Shown here: one piece after another, positions 1-12,400 of the stretch
How the letters are laid out: every line of letters starts with the position of its first letter
Numbering within the stretch: position 1 is the first letter of the stretch
Assembly: GCA_044892505.1 (NCBI GenBank)
Contig: CM097884.1
Location: 61,256,001 to 61,317,067 of the forward strand
Direction: 5' to 3'
Source of the DNA: Schmidtea nova
Lineage: Eukaryota
Length of the DNA: 61,067 nt
Position numbers and translations under genes: made by a program
The notes under the pieces: model-generated
Database searches by the model: none
Seen by the model: only the letters and a program-made list of their open reading frames with translations
Told to the model about the DNA's origin: nothing

Positions 1-877
1 TTTATGCTTGATGAATTATATGAACAGAATACTGTTCTAAGCAGAGAACTTCAACGTGAATTAATCATTCGAATCGAAGAACGTAGAACAAATTACTCAG
101 ATGTGCTTCAGTTCTTACAAAATCCTTTAGAATATGAAATATCAAAGGATAACACAAATTATGGATTATTTAATAAACTAAATAAAAGCGCAATAGTCAA
201 AACTATTGTTTCAATTATTGAGCGCTTGGTAATAAATATTGATGTAAATAATGAAACAGAAACTGAATCACCTGAAGATGAGACAATAAATTTGTCCGTA
301 ACCGTACCACAACAGTTGACAATGAAAAAACGGTTAAAAATCGCCATTCAAAGGAAAAATGAAGTTAATTTTGACGCTTTGGCTACTTCACCAATTAAAA
401 ACAAAAAGAAAATAGAGAATATCATCAAAAAGGAAATGAATTCTATTGCGGAGGAAAAACGCCTTGGAACATATTTGGAATTAGCACAAAAATATTTGCA
501 TACAATAAAACCAACGAGTGTGGAGTCAGAAAGAGCCTTTTCTGCTGCAGGAAAATTGTGTACGAAGATTAGATCAAATCTTAATGATCAAACAATAGAT
601 ACAATTTGTATTTTACGTGGATATTTTGGTAAGCAGAAACATTTAGTTGGTACTTGATCATATCATGTGTAAAAATATTTTTTACTCTCTTTGTTTAATG
701 AATTGTGAATGTAATATTTTTTATTTAATAATAATATGTAATAACAATGAATTCTAAAACATTTAAATTTTCTATTATTTCTATCATTTTACCGGTAAAT
801 TACCGGTAAACCGATAAAGTGATGAATTTTTTACCGTTTACCGGTAAATGAAAATTACGGTAAATTTGCAGTGCCTA
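1..877 (+). mobile_element. hAT DNA transposon, right end
   Basis: Subterminal ACCGGTAA-type repeats at 789-866, then the terminus ...AAATTTGCAGTGCCTA (reverse complement TAGGCACTGC, a TAG-type hAT end). The following 8 bp, GTTGAAAT, are the predicted TSD; the left end is outside the window. Confidence 0.75.
4..657 (+). CDS. hAT-family transposase, C-terminal part including dimerisation domain (ORF continues upstream of window)
   Basis: TIKPTSVESERAFSAAG...KIRSNLNDQTIDTICILRGYF matches the hAT C-terminal dimerisation motif (P.TSV.SER.FS..G...T..RS.L). Confidence 0.9.
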   Translation: MLDELYEQNTVLSRELQRELIIRIEERRTNYSDVLQFLQNPLEYEISKDNTNYGLFNKLNKSAIVKTIVSIIERLVINIDVNNETETESPEDETINLSVTVPQQLTMKKRLKIAIQRKNEVNFDALATSPIKNKKKIENIIKKEMNSIAEEKRLGTYLELAQKYLHTIKPTSVESERAFSAAGKLCTKIRSNLNDQTIDTICILRGYFGKQKHLVGT

Positions 878-1157
878 GTTGAAATGACATAATATTTAAA
901 ATTTCATAAAAAATAGTAAATTAAGGCAAAGTCAGAGTTGAAATGACATAATATGAAAATTTAAAAAATAAGTATGAAATTTCTTTTTTGGGAAATCTCT
1001 GAGTTGGTAAATATTTAAATATAAAATTAAAATTTTTTACAAAATGAAATTTTTAAACCAATAAAAGTCTTAACAAATAAAAATTTTTACCAAATAAAAA
1101 TTAAACAATACAAATCGAATTTCAAATACAAAATTTTATTCAGGAAAGGTTTTGTTG

Positions 1158-1225
<68 letters not shown>

Positions 1226-1710
1226 TTCTTAATTCTGTCAAAAGAAAAATGTTTGGTCTGGAATTTCCAAAAATTAAAAAGTTGTCAGAATTCAATAATT
1301 TTTATACCAATCTACTGAGAATTAAAAGGCGAACAATAAAGATCAAAAAATTAAAATCATGAAAAAATCAAAATTTTATACAGGAAATGTCAGTCTCAGT
1401 AAAAAAGGGTAAAGTACATAAAAAACGAGGAAATATTTAAAAATTGTTTAAACTAAATAATTAAATCTAAATAAATTTATCATAATAACATAAAAAAGTA
1501 AATAATTTCTATACGAATTTTCAAACTCAGTAAATAATTCACTCAATAATTTTCGTATTGAATTTATTAAGTAAAATGGTACAATAAATAAAATGCATGG
1601 AAATAATAAGTAAAATAAAGTTCGAATTTTAAAATAATTTGTACTGGATTTATGAAAAATGGCAAAGTAAATAAATTAAAGATAGAATTTTAAAAATAAA
1701 TTAAGAATTT
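878..1710. repeat. Left arm of long inverted repeat (pairs with 6314..7065)
   Basis: Reverse-complement match throughout, e.g. caggaaaggttttgttgtaat (1141) vs attacaacaaaacctttcctg (6781), and tactgagaattaaaaggcgaacaataaag vs ctttattgttcgccttttaattctcagta. Confidence 0.92.
1161..1222. repeat. (TA)n microsatellite
   Basis: Direct reading; similar runs at about 38006-38072, 40180-40228 and 56217-56281. Confidence 0.95.
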
Positions 1711-2084
1711 GGTATAAATTCGAATATATTCCAAATTCTGAATTAATTATTGTTGCCGGGAAATATTAAAGAAAATTAATTTGAATTTGAATTTTAAACG
1801 TTTAATCAGTTCTTTAAACAAAATCAATTTAGAATAATTATGATAATAAAATTAATTTTTTTTTAACAAAAAACTAATCGATTTTAAATGCATGGTAATA
1901 AATTTAACACATTAAATAATTGTTATTAAAAAATTTAAATTAACAAAAACAAAAAAATGAAAATGAAAATGAAAAGATAAGATTTGATAAATACATTTTA
2001 TACACATAAATTTGTTTCTATAATTTTCCAAACAGGTTTGACAACATCATTAGATTCTTTGAAGCCTTGAATCATTATCTTAAT

Positions 2085-2549
2085 TTAATATATCAAATTT
2101 TCATCGGGATTTTTCAAATTACAATCTTTATTGCAATTCATATACGTAAAACCTTCATTAAATTGTATTTTTTTGTTGATTGATAACAAAATTTCTGAAA
2201 TATTTCGTCTATCAATATCTCCAATTTTCCCCACTTGAAGATTATACATGCATTGTTTCAATGTAAGAGGTTCCTATAAAAAAATATTAGAAATTTATTT
2301 TAATTAAATAAATATATACTTTAAATGAATAAATGATTGGAAATTTTAAATATTCCATCGAGTATTGTAGAAATAGAACTGCAGGATTCCTAACCAAATT
2401 AGCTGCCGAAATAGAATTTTCTTCAAGAACAATTTTCATTACTTCTTGTTTCAACATCTTTTTGTTCGTAGATTCTAGAATAAAATATTAAAAATAATCA
2501 TTTAAAATTAATTAAACTTACTTTTAAGTTGATACATTTTTAATGAAAT
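2085..2549 (-). CDS. Orphan spliced ORF fragment (exons 2522-2549, 2320-2474, 2085-2273), unknown product; 5' end not resolved
   Basis: GT..AG introns 2274-2319 (46 bp) and 2475-2521 (47 bp) join an open frame ...STNKKMLKQEVMKIVLEENSISAANLVRNPAVLFLQYSMEYLKFPIIYSFK/EPLTLKQCMYNLQVGKIGDIDRRNISEILLSINKK...NLIY*. Confidence 0.55.
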
Positions 2550-3021
2550 CTGTGATTTTTAATAAATTTATATATGTTTTCATAATTTAAAATTAACCAA
2601 TCAGATTTCTTTTAACATTTTTATTAATTTTTATTTATCGATATTTTTGTGTGCAGATACACACTTTATTTTAATATGATAATTAATTATTTATGCAAAA
2701 TCTTTTAATAGACAGACTATATCAAAAATATTGTAAGGCATCGAATTATGATAAAACTGTCACAATTCAATGAAAAAATACTATTTCCAAACAGGTAACT
2801 GCATCACATACATAATTTACCCTTTGTGTATAAATTGATTAGATTTTCTTCTTATAGCAACTTTTATAAATTTCATAAGGAATATTCGAAACAGATTTAA
2901 TTTTACAAAAATTACTACGTGGTAATAATAATAAAAATAATAATATTAATAATTCACTGAAAATATTTTAAATGAAAAATCAATAAATATTTTGGTAAAA
3001 TTCATTATTACCAATTATATT

Positions 3022-3400
3022 CAGTATCAGAACTTTTCTAATATAACCTTAGTAACATCACCTTGGTAACAAAACCTTGCTAGAAGAACTTCTTTTTTGT
3101 TGGTTTTTGCCTGAAAAAGATTCATATTGTATATTCACTTATATATCATTATTGATACATTTTCATTAAATTTATCACGTAGCAGAACCTTTCTAGCAGA
3201 ACCTTTGGTAGCAGAACCTCTTTTGTGATGTTTTTTTCCTGCAAAAGATTCATATTATATATTCACTTATATACCCTTATTGATACATTTTCATTAAATT
3301 TATCACGTAGCAGAACTTTTCTAGCAGAACCTTTGGTAGCAGAACCTCTTTTGTGATGGTTTTTACCTGCAAAAGATTCAAATTATATTTTAATGATTAC
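3022..3400. repeat. Tandem ~128-bp array with internal TAGCAGAACC sub-repeats
   Basis: Units start near 3180 and 3308; related copies at 22560-22960 and 35660-35730. Confidence 0.85.
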
Positions 3401-4229
3401 CGTGTATGTGAAACCCTATAAAATACACATGTTTGATCCAATGGGATTTTATTATCCGCCGCTATTGATGAAAAACATATCGTCAATTTTTATGTGAATT
3501 GAATATAACAGAGTCTGATACTAGAATCCAATGACAAAAAACACTTGGTAGCACTGTTTAGCGTGGTTAATAAAAATGTTTCATAAATAAATATTTGTAT
3601 TGAAATTTTTGAATTAATTTTTATTATTTTTAGAATTTATTGACAATCAACAAAGAATTAATTGAATATTTATTTATTTAATCCTTTAAGTTATCAGTGA
3701 AGAATTTATTTGAACATATAATAAGAAGTATCAAAAAATATTTCATTAGTTGCTTACTTATCATTTTAATATGTTTACCTAGTTAACGGAGTTTTTATAA
3801 TGGTTTTTAAATTAATTATATATGTTAGTTATCAAGTGAAGAATTAGATGAACAATGATTTCAATAGAGCTTTGGATTAAAAGTCATTTGTATTTTAAAT
3901 ATATTCTTAATTTTAAGAACTTTATTTAATATAGAAATTTCATTTTAACAACGTGGTTATTTGTATACCTTTTTAAATACTGATAATCAACTAAAGATTA
4001 ATTCAATTATTCAAAGTAATAAATTTAATTTTATGACACGATATTTAGAATCAGTTAGTATTAAATATCATATCCTGTTAATGCGAAGAGTTAGTTGTTA
4101 CGTGGAACAAATTCCTTAGAGTGAAGATTTATTTGTTTAATATATAGAGTCAGATGGTATCCGATTAATTGATTTGACTAGTTGATTGTGGATAGAATCA
4201 ATTGATATTTAATAAGTAACTATTCTGTT

Positions 4230-5420
4230 GTTGATTTATGAATAGAGTTAGTTGGTTAATGTATTTAAATAGTTGGTAAGTAAGGAATTGGTCGCTGGTT
4301 AGTATGTATAGTTAGTTAGTTGGTTAGAGCAGTTGGTTGGTGATTTGTGAATAGAGTTAGTTGGTTAATGTGAAGAGTTAGTTGTTTGATGTATAGAACT
4401 ATTTGGTTAGTAAGGAATTGGTTGCTGGTTAGTATGTATAGAGCGGTTAGTTGGTTAGTTGGTATAAGATTAATGAATAGAACCAATTGGTTGATGTATA
4501 TAACTAGTTGGTTAACGTGTAGAAGTAGTAAGTAAGTACTTGATTGCTTTGAAAGTTCAAAACATATAGTTGGTTGATCAATTGATTGGTATAGGATTAA
4601 TGAATAGAACTAGTTGGTTAATGTAGAGATCTAGTAGGTTAACACGGAGAAGTAGTTGGTTAATGTGTAAAACTACTTTGTAGGTAAGTATTTGGTTGCT
4701 GACTGGTTAGTATGTATAGAGTAGGTAGTTGATTGGTGATTTGTGAAAAGATTTAGTTGGTAAATGAAAAGAAGTAGTTGGGAAGTAAGGTATTGGTTGA
4801 TAGTTAGAGTGTTTAGTTAGTTAGTTGGTTAATGTAGTTGGTTGATTGGTACAAGATTAATTAATAGAATTTGTTGGTTGATGAGAAGAGTTAGTTGGTT
4901 GATGTATAGAACTAGTTGGTAAGTAAGAGATTAGTTGTTGGTTAGTATGTATAGTTAGTTAGTTGACTAGTGTAGTTGGTTGGGGATTTGTGAATAGAGG
5001 TAGTTGGTTAATGAGAAGAGTTAGTTGGTTGATGAGAAGAGTTAGTTGGTTAATGAGAAGAGTTAGTTGGTTGATGTATAGAACTAGTTGGTAAGTAAGA
5101 GATTAGTTGCTGGTTAGTATGTATAGAGTAGGTAGTTGGTTGGTTAGTATATGATTAATGAATAGAACCAATTATTTGGTGTGTATAACTAGTTGGTTGA
5201 TGTGTAGAACTAGTTAGTAAGTAAGGAATTGGTCTGTTTGTTAACTAAGGGGATTGGATTAATTGATATCTAGTTAATAGGAAGAGATAATTGATTGACA
5301 TATAGAACAATTTTCCTAGTTGGTTAATATAGAGTCAGTTAGTAACTGGTGAGTAACTAGTTGGTTTTTGATTTGTGAATAGAGTCAGTTGGTATCTGAT
5401 CAGTTACTAGTCAGTGGTTG
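4230..5420. repeat. Degenerate G/T-rich minisatellite (TAGTTGGTT motif)
   Basis: Dozens of agttagttggtt/aactagttggtt variants; strongly C-poor on the + strand. Confidence 0.85.
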
Positions 5421-6313
5421 ATTTGTGTGTGTAATGAGATTATTTGTTTCAGCCAAAGTTTGCTATCAAGCACTGATATCAAGATCCATCAAGCGCGCTG
5501 GTTTTCTGGATCTCAAACCAATGGCCAAACAAATCACAGAGAGCCTCTTTCAGTTCTGTTACGTGGTGTTCATTACAAAAGACAATTTAGTGATTACACA
5601 CTCGAGCTGCTCGCTTCTTTGATGAAAACATTGTTTGACAGGAATAAATAATATTATTTGGTTTTTGTTCGAATCATTATTAGTTAGTTGATCGGTTTAT
5701 TGTTGGTACTTAGATTGATTGATAGAGTTACTTATTATTAATATTAATATTATTATTTTACTTGTTCCCATATTTTCAATTATTACGTTTATTTTTAAAA
5801 ATTTATATCATTAATCGATATTTTTTAACTTAGTATACAAAATTGTAAGAACTCTTCTTTAATAACTACTTTTATTCTAAATAAATTTAATATTTACATG
5901 TGTTTTGTTTACTACATTTATTTGGTGTTATTTGATCATTTCCTTGAAAAGGATAATATTGAAAAACAGTTAGATTTGTATTTATTAGTTAAAATATTTT
6001 ACTTGTGAAAAATATTTACTTGTGAAAAAATATTTATTTTGTATTTATTAATTAAAAGATTTTACTTGTATATTAATGTTTAAAAAAAATTTACATTGAT
6101 TTTATTGTTAAAAATCTCTACATTGACTTTATTGTTAAAAAGTTTTAGTTTAAAGAATTTCAAAAATATTTAATTATTCTCACATTCTTCAAATATTACA
6201 GTAAAAAGTTCATTTAAACCCAATTCATTTTAAAATTATGTCAATAAAACTCACGTCTTTTTAAATTTACTTATTTAAAAAAAAACTATTTGTTTATAAT
6301 TCTATTTATCTTT

Positions 6314-7065
6314 AAATTCTTAATTTATTTTTAAAATTCTATCTTTAATTTATTTACTTTGCCATTTTTTATAAATCCAGTACAAATTATTTTAAAATTT
6401 GAACTTTAATTTACTTATTATTTCCATGCTTTTTATTTAATGTATCATTTTACTTAATAAATTCAATACAAAATTTATTGAGTGAATTATTTACTGAGTT
6501 TGGAAATTCGTAAAGAAATTATTTACTTTTTTATTTAATTATCATAAATTTATTTAGATTTAATCATTTAGTTTAAAAATATTTTAAATATTTCCACGCT
6601 TCCTGACATTTCCAATATAAAATTTTGATTTTTTCATGATTTTAATTTTTTGACCTTTATTGTTCGCCTTTTAATTCTCAGTAGATTGGTATAAAAATTA
6701 TTGAATTCTGACAACTTTTTAATTTTTGAAAATTCCAGACCAAACACTTTTCTTTTGACAGAATTAAGAAAAATATATATATTACAACAAAACCTTTCCT
6801 GAATAAAATTTTGTATTTAAAATTCGATTTGTATTGTTTAATTTTGATTTGGTAATAAATTTTATTTGTTAAGACTTTTATTGGTTTAAAAATTTCATTT
6901 TGTGAAAAAATTTTAATTTTATATTTAAAAATTTACCAACTCAGAGATTTCCCAAAAAAGAAATTTCATACTTATTTTTTAAATTTTCATATTATGTCAT
7001 TTCAACTCTGACTTTGCCTTAATTTACTTTTTTTCATGAAATTTTAAATATTATGTCATTTTAAC
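6314..7065. repeat. Right arm of long inverted repeat (pairs with 878..1710)
   Basis: See left arm. Confidence 0.92.
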
Positions 7066-7550
7066 TCTGACTTTGCCTTAATTTTACCCTTTTTTATTAA
7101 ATTTTAAATATTATGTCATTCTTTTGTTTTTTTTGTAAAATTCTTCATGTTTTATTTCCTATTTAATTTAACCTTTTAAATTTATTTAACATTTTTCTAA
7201 ATTTACAAATGTTTTTTTTACCATAAAAATCTCTTGAAAATTTCAGTATAAAAAAGTTTATTTTATTTAGTTTAAGATTTTATAAAAATATAAATTGTAT
7301 AAAAATTTTATTCTAAAAAATTTTACTTTGAAAATTTTACTTTAAAAATTTTACTTTTAAATTTACCAACTCCGAGATTTCCCAAAAAATATCGTAATTA
7401 TTTTTAAAATTTTCATGTTATGTCATTTCAACTCTGAGTTTGCCTTAATTTTACCCTTTTTATTAAATTTTAAATATTGTCATTTCAACTCTGACTTTGC
7501 CTTAATTTTATCCTTTTTTTCTTAAATTTTAAATATTATGTCATTCTTTT
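6990..7550. repeat. ~60-bp tandem units (ATTATGTCATTTCAACTCTGACTTTGCCTTAATT)
   Basis: At least 6 copies; the reverse complement occurs at 878-960. Confidence 0.85.
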
Positions 7551-7619
7551 GGTTTTGTAAAATTCTCCATGTTTTATTGTCTATTTAATTTAACCATTTA
7601 AATCTATTTAACATTTCAG

Positions 7620-9420
7620 TTCAAAATTATCAGAGTCCCTTTTTGCCTGAGAAATTGTGGGAGTAGAAAATTCGATTCAAAATAATTTCAATGTATTTCA
7701 CTAGTTTAAAAAAAATTTACACGTGTTTTTTATTTACCATTAAAATCTTTATTTCAGTTAAAAATAATCAGAGTTCCTTTTTGTCTGAGAAATTGTGGGA
7801 ATTGAAAATTCTTTTCAAAATAATTTCAATGTATTTTACTTGTTAAAAATATTTACACGTGTTTTTATTTACCATAAAAATCTATATTTCAGTTCGAAAT
7901 TACCAGAGTCCTTTTTTGCCCGAGAAAAATCTCAGAGTAGAAAATCATATACAAATTAATTTCAATCTATTTTACTACTTTAAAAAATTTACACGTGTTT
8001 TTATTTACCATTAAAATTTCAGTTCAAAATTACCAGAGTCTATTTTTGCCCTAGAAAACTTTGGGAGTAGAAAATCCTATCCAAAATAACCAGACCAAAA
8101 ATCCTATTCAAAACTCCAGAGTTCTTTTTTGCTCTAGAAAAATCTCGGATTAGAAAATCCTATTCAAAATAACCAGACCAAAATTCCCTGTACAAAAAAT
8201 TCAGACCAAAATTTCCTATAGAAAATACCAGACCAAAATTCTCTGTACAAAAATTCCGGACCAAAATTCTCTATAGAAAATACCAGACCAATAATCTCTG
8301 TACAAAAATCCAGACCAAAAATCCTATTCAAAAATCCAGAGTCCCTTTTTAGCCCAAGAAAAATCTCGGAGTAGAAAATCATATACAAAAAACCCTTTCC
8401 AAAATCCAATTCAAAATAACCAGACCAAAAATCCTATTCAAAAATCCAGATTCCCTTTTTTGCCCGAGAAAAATCTCGGATTAGAAAATCCTATTCAAAA
8501 TAATCAGTCAAAAATTCTCTGTAGAAAATACCAGACCAAAAATCTCTGTACAAAAATCCAGACCAAAATTCCATGTACAAAAATACCAGAGTCCCTTTTT
8601 GCCCGAGAAAAATCTCGGAATAGAAAATCCTATTCAAAAGACCGACAAAAATTTTCCTATACAAAAGATCGATCCAAAATTCCCTATTCAAAAATAACCA
8701 GACCAAAAATCCTAATCAAAAATACTAGACCAAAAATCCTATTCAAAATCCCTGTAAAAAAATCCAGAGTCCGTTTTTGCCCGAGAAAAAATCTCGGAGT
8801 AGAAAATCCTATTCAAAATAACCAGACAAAAATTCCCTGTAGAAAATACCAGACCAAAAATCTCTGTACAAAAATCCAGATCAAAATTCCAGACCAAAAT
8901 TCCATGTACAAAAATACTAGAGTCCCTTTTTGCCCGAGAAAAATATCGGAGTAGAAAATCCTATTCAAAATAACCAGACAAAAATTCCCTGTACAAAACA
9001 TCCAGACCAAAATTCCATGTACAAAAATATCAGACCAAAATTCCATGTACAAAAATACCAAGGTCCTTTTTGCCCGAGAAAAATCTCGGAATAGAAAATC
9101 CTATTCAAAAGACCGACAAAAAATTTTCCTATACAAAAGATCGACCCAAAATTTCCTATTCAAAAATAACCAGACCAAAAATCCTATTCAAAAATACTAG
9201 ACCAAAAATCCTATTCAAAATCCCTGTACAAAAATCCAGAGTCCTTTTTTGCCCGAGAAAAAATCTCGGAGTAGAAAATCCTATTCAAAAGATCGGCAAA
9301 AGTTTTCCTATACAAAAGATCGACCCAAAAACATAGTGGCTTTCTTACCCACCTGTACAAAAGACAGACAAAAATTTTCCTATACAAAAGACCGACGAAA
9401 AAACATAGTGGCTTTCTAAC
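7620..9420. repeat. Complex minisatellite built from CCAGACCAAAA(A)TCC and TTTTGCCCGAGAAAAATCTCGGAGTAGAAAATCCTATTCAAAA modules
   Basis: Many diverged copies; a related array lies at 23240-23620. Confidence 0.9.
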
Positions 9421-12400
9421 CCACTTTATTATTTCTATTGAAGGGCAGGAAACCATTGAAGTCGTGCCACTCGATTGTCTCTTGCCCAGTATTTTAATTG
9501 TCTTAGTTGATTCCTTTATTATTAAATTAGAATAATATTCATGTTATTTTATCAGGTATATTTTAGATTTTGAAAATTTAATATTTTATATGCTTTTTTG
9601 TTTTATTTCTATTCGAATATTTTGTATGTCATGAAATTAATGTCGGACAATTTAGTCCCCTTTTGAAATCCTGCACATTTCGCTCCTTAATACAATTAAC
9701 CTATATTTGATTTATTCTAATTTTGATATAATTTATTACCATATATTTTTTTAATTAATGCATTTTTCATACGTCTGATGGTGTCGTTGTACCGCCATTA
9801 GTCGCTTTGGTGAATCATTAGTTCGCTGGAGTCCTTTCAGCGTTCTGATCCATTTTTTCATCGAAGTGAGCGCATACATCCAAAAACGCTTCATCTCATC
9901 CCTGACTATATGAGGAGTAGTGGATTGGCCAAGCGCAAAGTTTTGTTCAAAGTAAAATTATTTATATTATAATATCGTAGCTATTTTTATCTATACATGA
10001 AAATCTGACTCATAAATTTATAAAATGCTGAAATGCTAAAAGATGCTGGAAAACATGTAATGCTCGGATGTCACTTTCGTCCTAATGAATGTATTTCGTC
10101 TCGCTCCAAATTAAATTCGAAAATCATCTGAAAATTGAATTTGAAAAAAAGTATTATCAATAGATACAACAGAAAATAAATATTCAGGATATACTAGATG
10201 ACATGCAGAAAAGTTAATGTTTCAGTTGAACCTCCTTTTACCTGAAAGTTTTTAAAAAGAAAAATTAGTATTTTATTTCTAAACTAAATTTCTGGTATTC
10301 GAAGCCTTCAGGTGAAGTATACTGAAAATTTCGAGTGTGCTTTGCTTGAGGAATTCGCATGTGAATAAAATTTAGCTATTAAAGAACCTATGTTCATAAA
10401 TATTATTACACAATAGTGCTGAAATTGGTTTATATCATGATAAAAGAAAATTTGCTATTTAGAAAAATTTATTATTTTAAAATCCTCTTTGCAAAATTCA
10501 ACATCCACCTCACTCATTAGTACCATCCATATATAATACTATACAAAAATCCATTCATTCACCAACACACACTATATTGTTTCACTCAATAGTACCTATC
10601 TGCATCATGCATCCAGAAAATCTCACAAGCACTCATCCAATCTCTTCCATCACTAAATTATTTGTTTTCATCCAACATTCGAGTCAACATACAGACACAT
10701 ACAATTACATATAATCACATACAGTCATTTACATTCACATACAGTTATCACGACGAAACTCATAATAACCCATAAAAATCTCAAAGAGTATTAATTTGAA
10801 AATTCTACACCTTCCTTCATCAATTCACACTCCATCTCATTCCTCAATACGTCATATACGACATTCACATCCAGATAGTCTCGGTGAAAGTCCAGGTATC
10901 TTGAGTCATTTACAAACCATCCATAACATAATATATTTATTCTACGGTATTCCACTCAAAGGAGTGATTATTCGATCGATAGTTTGATTATCCTATTCCT
11001 AAAACTAGTAAACAAATTTTCCTGACTAACATTTTTTAAATTCCCACTAAAAATAGCTACCCCAACATTCGTAACGTGATTTAAGTTCGATCACATAAAT
11101 CCACGATAGCTAAGAAATGTTTGCATCATCCAACGAGCAAAATATGAAGAAGGGGAAACGAAAAGAAAATGTACAAAATTTTTATTAAACCTCATAAAAT
11201 AATAACAATACAATTTTATTCAACGTTTAATTATAATTCATAAAAGTAACAAATAAATCTTTACTAAATAGTCAGGCATAATGAAGATTGAGAGAAAAGT
11301 AGTTCCAGTTCGGGGAAAAATAACAATTCCGACTCTGCATAGACAAGAAGGGCCATAATAAACCTTGGAGTTGATTATTGCAGTGGATTGACTGTTTTCT
11401 TAGATGAATCGAGCGAGAGAGTGCTCAAGATACATAATCCACAATCCAGAAGAGTAGAGATAAGGCATAGAAAATTTGAATCAGAGGAGATTGGTTCGTA
11501 ATTACAAAAGTATGTTATTATATGTAAATACGACGCAGTATCTTGTGTGTGTAAAGAAATGTTGTAGTGCCCGAGAGAGTCTTGCGGTAATTGTGTGCAG
11601 ACACTCGGAGTTTATGCTATGTTATGCGTAAACACTATAAACAAAATGATACGTTATTGTAAAAATTTTATTATTTAAATTATGTAACTCTAACACAACA
11701 ATCACAATGCAATTACTTTGTAAACTGTCGGATCACAAAACGACCAATAGATTGTTCAGTTTTTACTTTATATTTGATAGTTTATTGCGATAGGATTGTG
11801 TGATGATAGTTGTGGTTGTTGTAGATTTTTGTATTAGATTTTTGTGAACGATCTGACCACAAATCGAACAATAGTTTGTTTAGCTTTTGCTTTAATATCA
11901 GATTGAATTCGCAAATCGAACAATAGTTTGTTTAGTTTTTGCTTTAATATCAGATTCGGATATTTGATAGTTTATTGCGATGGGATGGTAGTATGATAGT
12001 TGTTGTTGTGGTGTTAATCTTTACTGTGATTCTTTTATTTGGATTTTGTAAAAGATCTGAGGTCTTTTGATTGATATTCTGTACCAGCGTAGATCCTGCG
12101 TTAATTTAGTTTTAGGATTTGTTTGCAAATTTAGTAATTCCCCGTTGTAGCCAAGTGAATTAGTTTTTTAATTCTTTGTTCGTTTTTTTATAATTTTTTA
12201 AATTTCTAATCCATAATTTCTATTTGTCGTTATTAGCTTACTATAGTATATTTCTATAGTAAGCTATTTGATTTTTAAATTGAATTTTTGAATTATTATT
12301 ATTCTAGGTAATAATAACTATAATAATAAAAATATTAACACGCACAAAACAGGGGGGAATACGGCTAAAGCCACCATGATAATAACAAACAAATCATAAT

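Noticed and set aside
8164-9456. ORFs of 70-164 aa on both strands (also 23242..23516 and 45229..45774)
   Set aside because: Translations of tandem repeats; repetitive peptides with no domain
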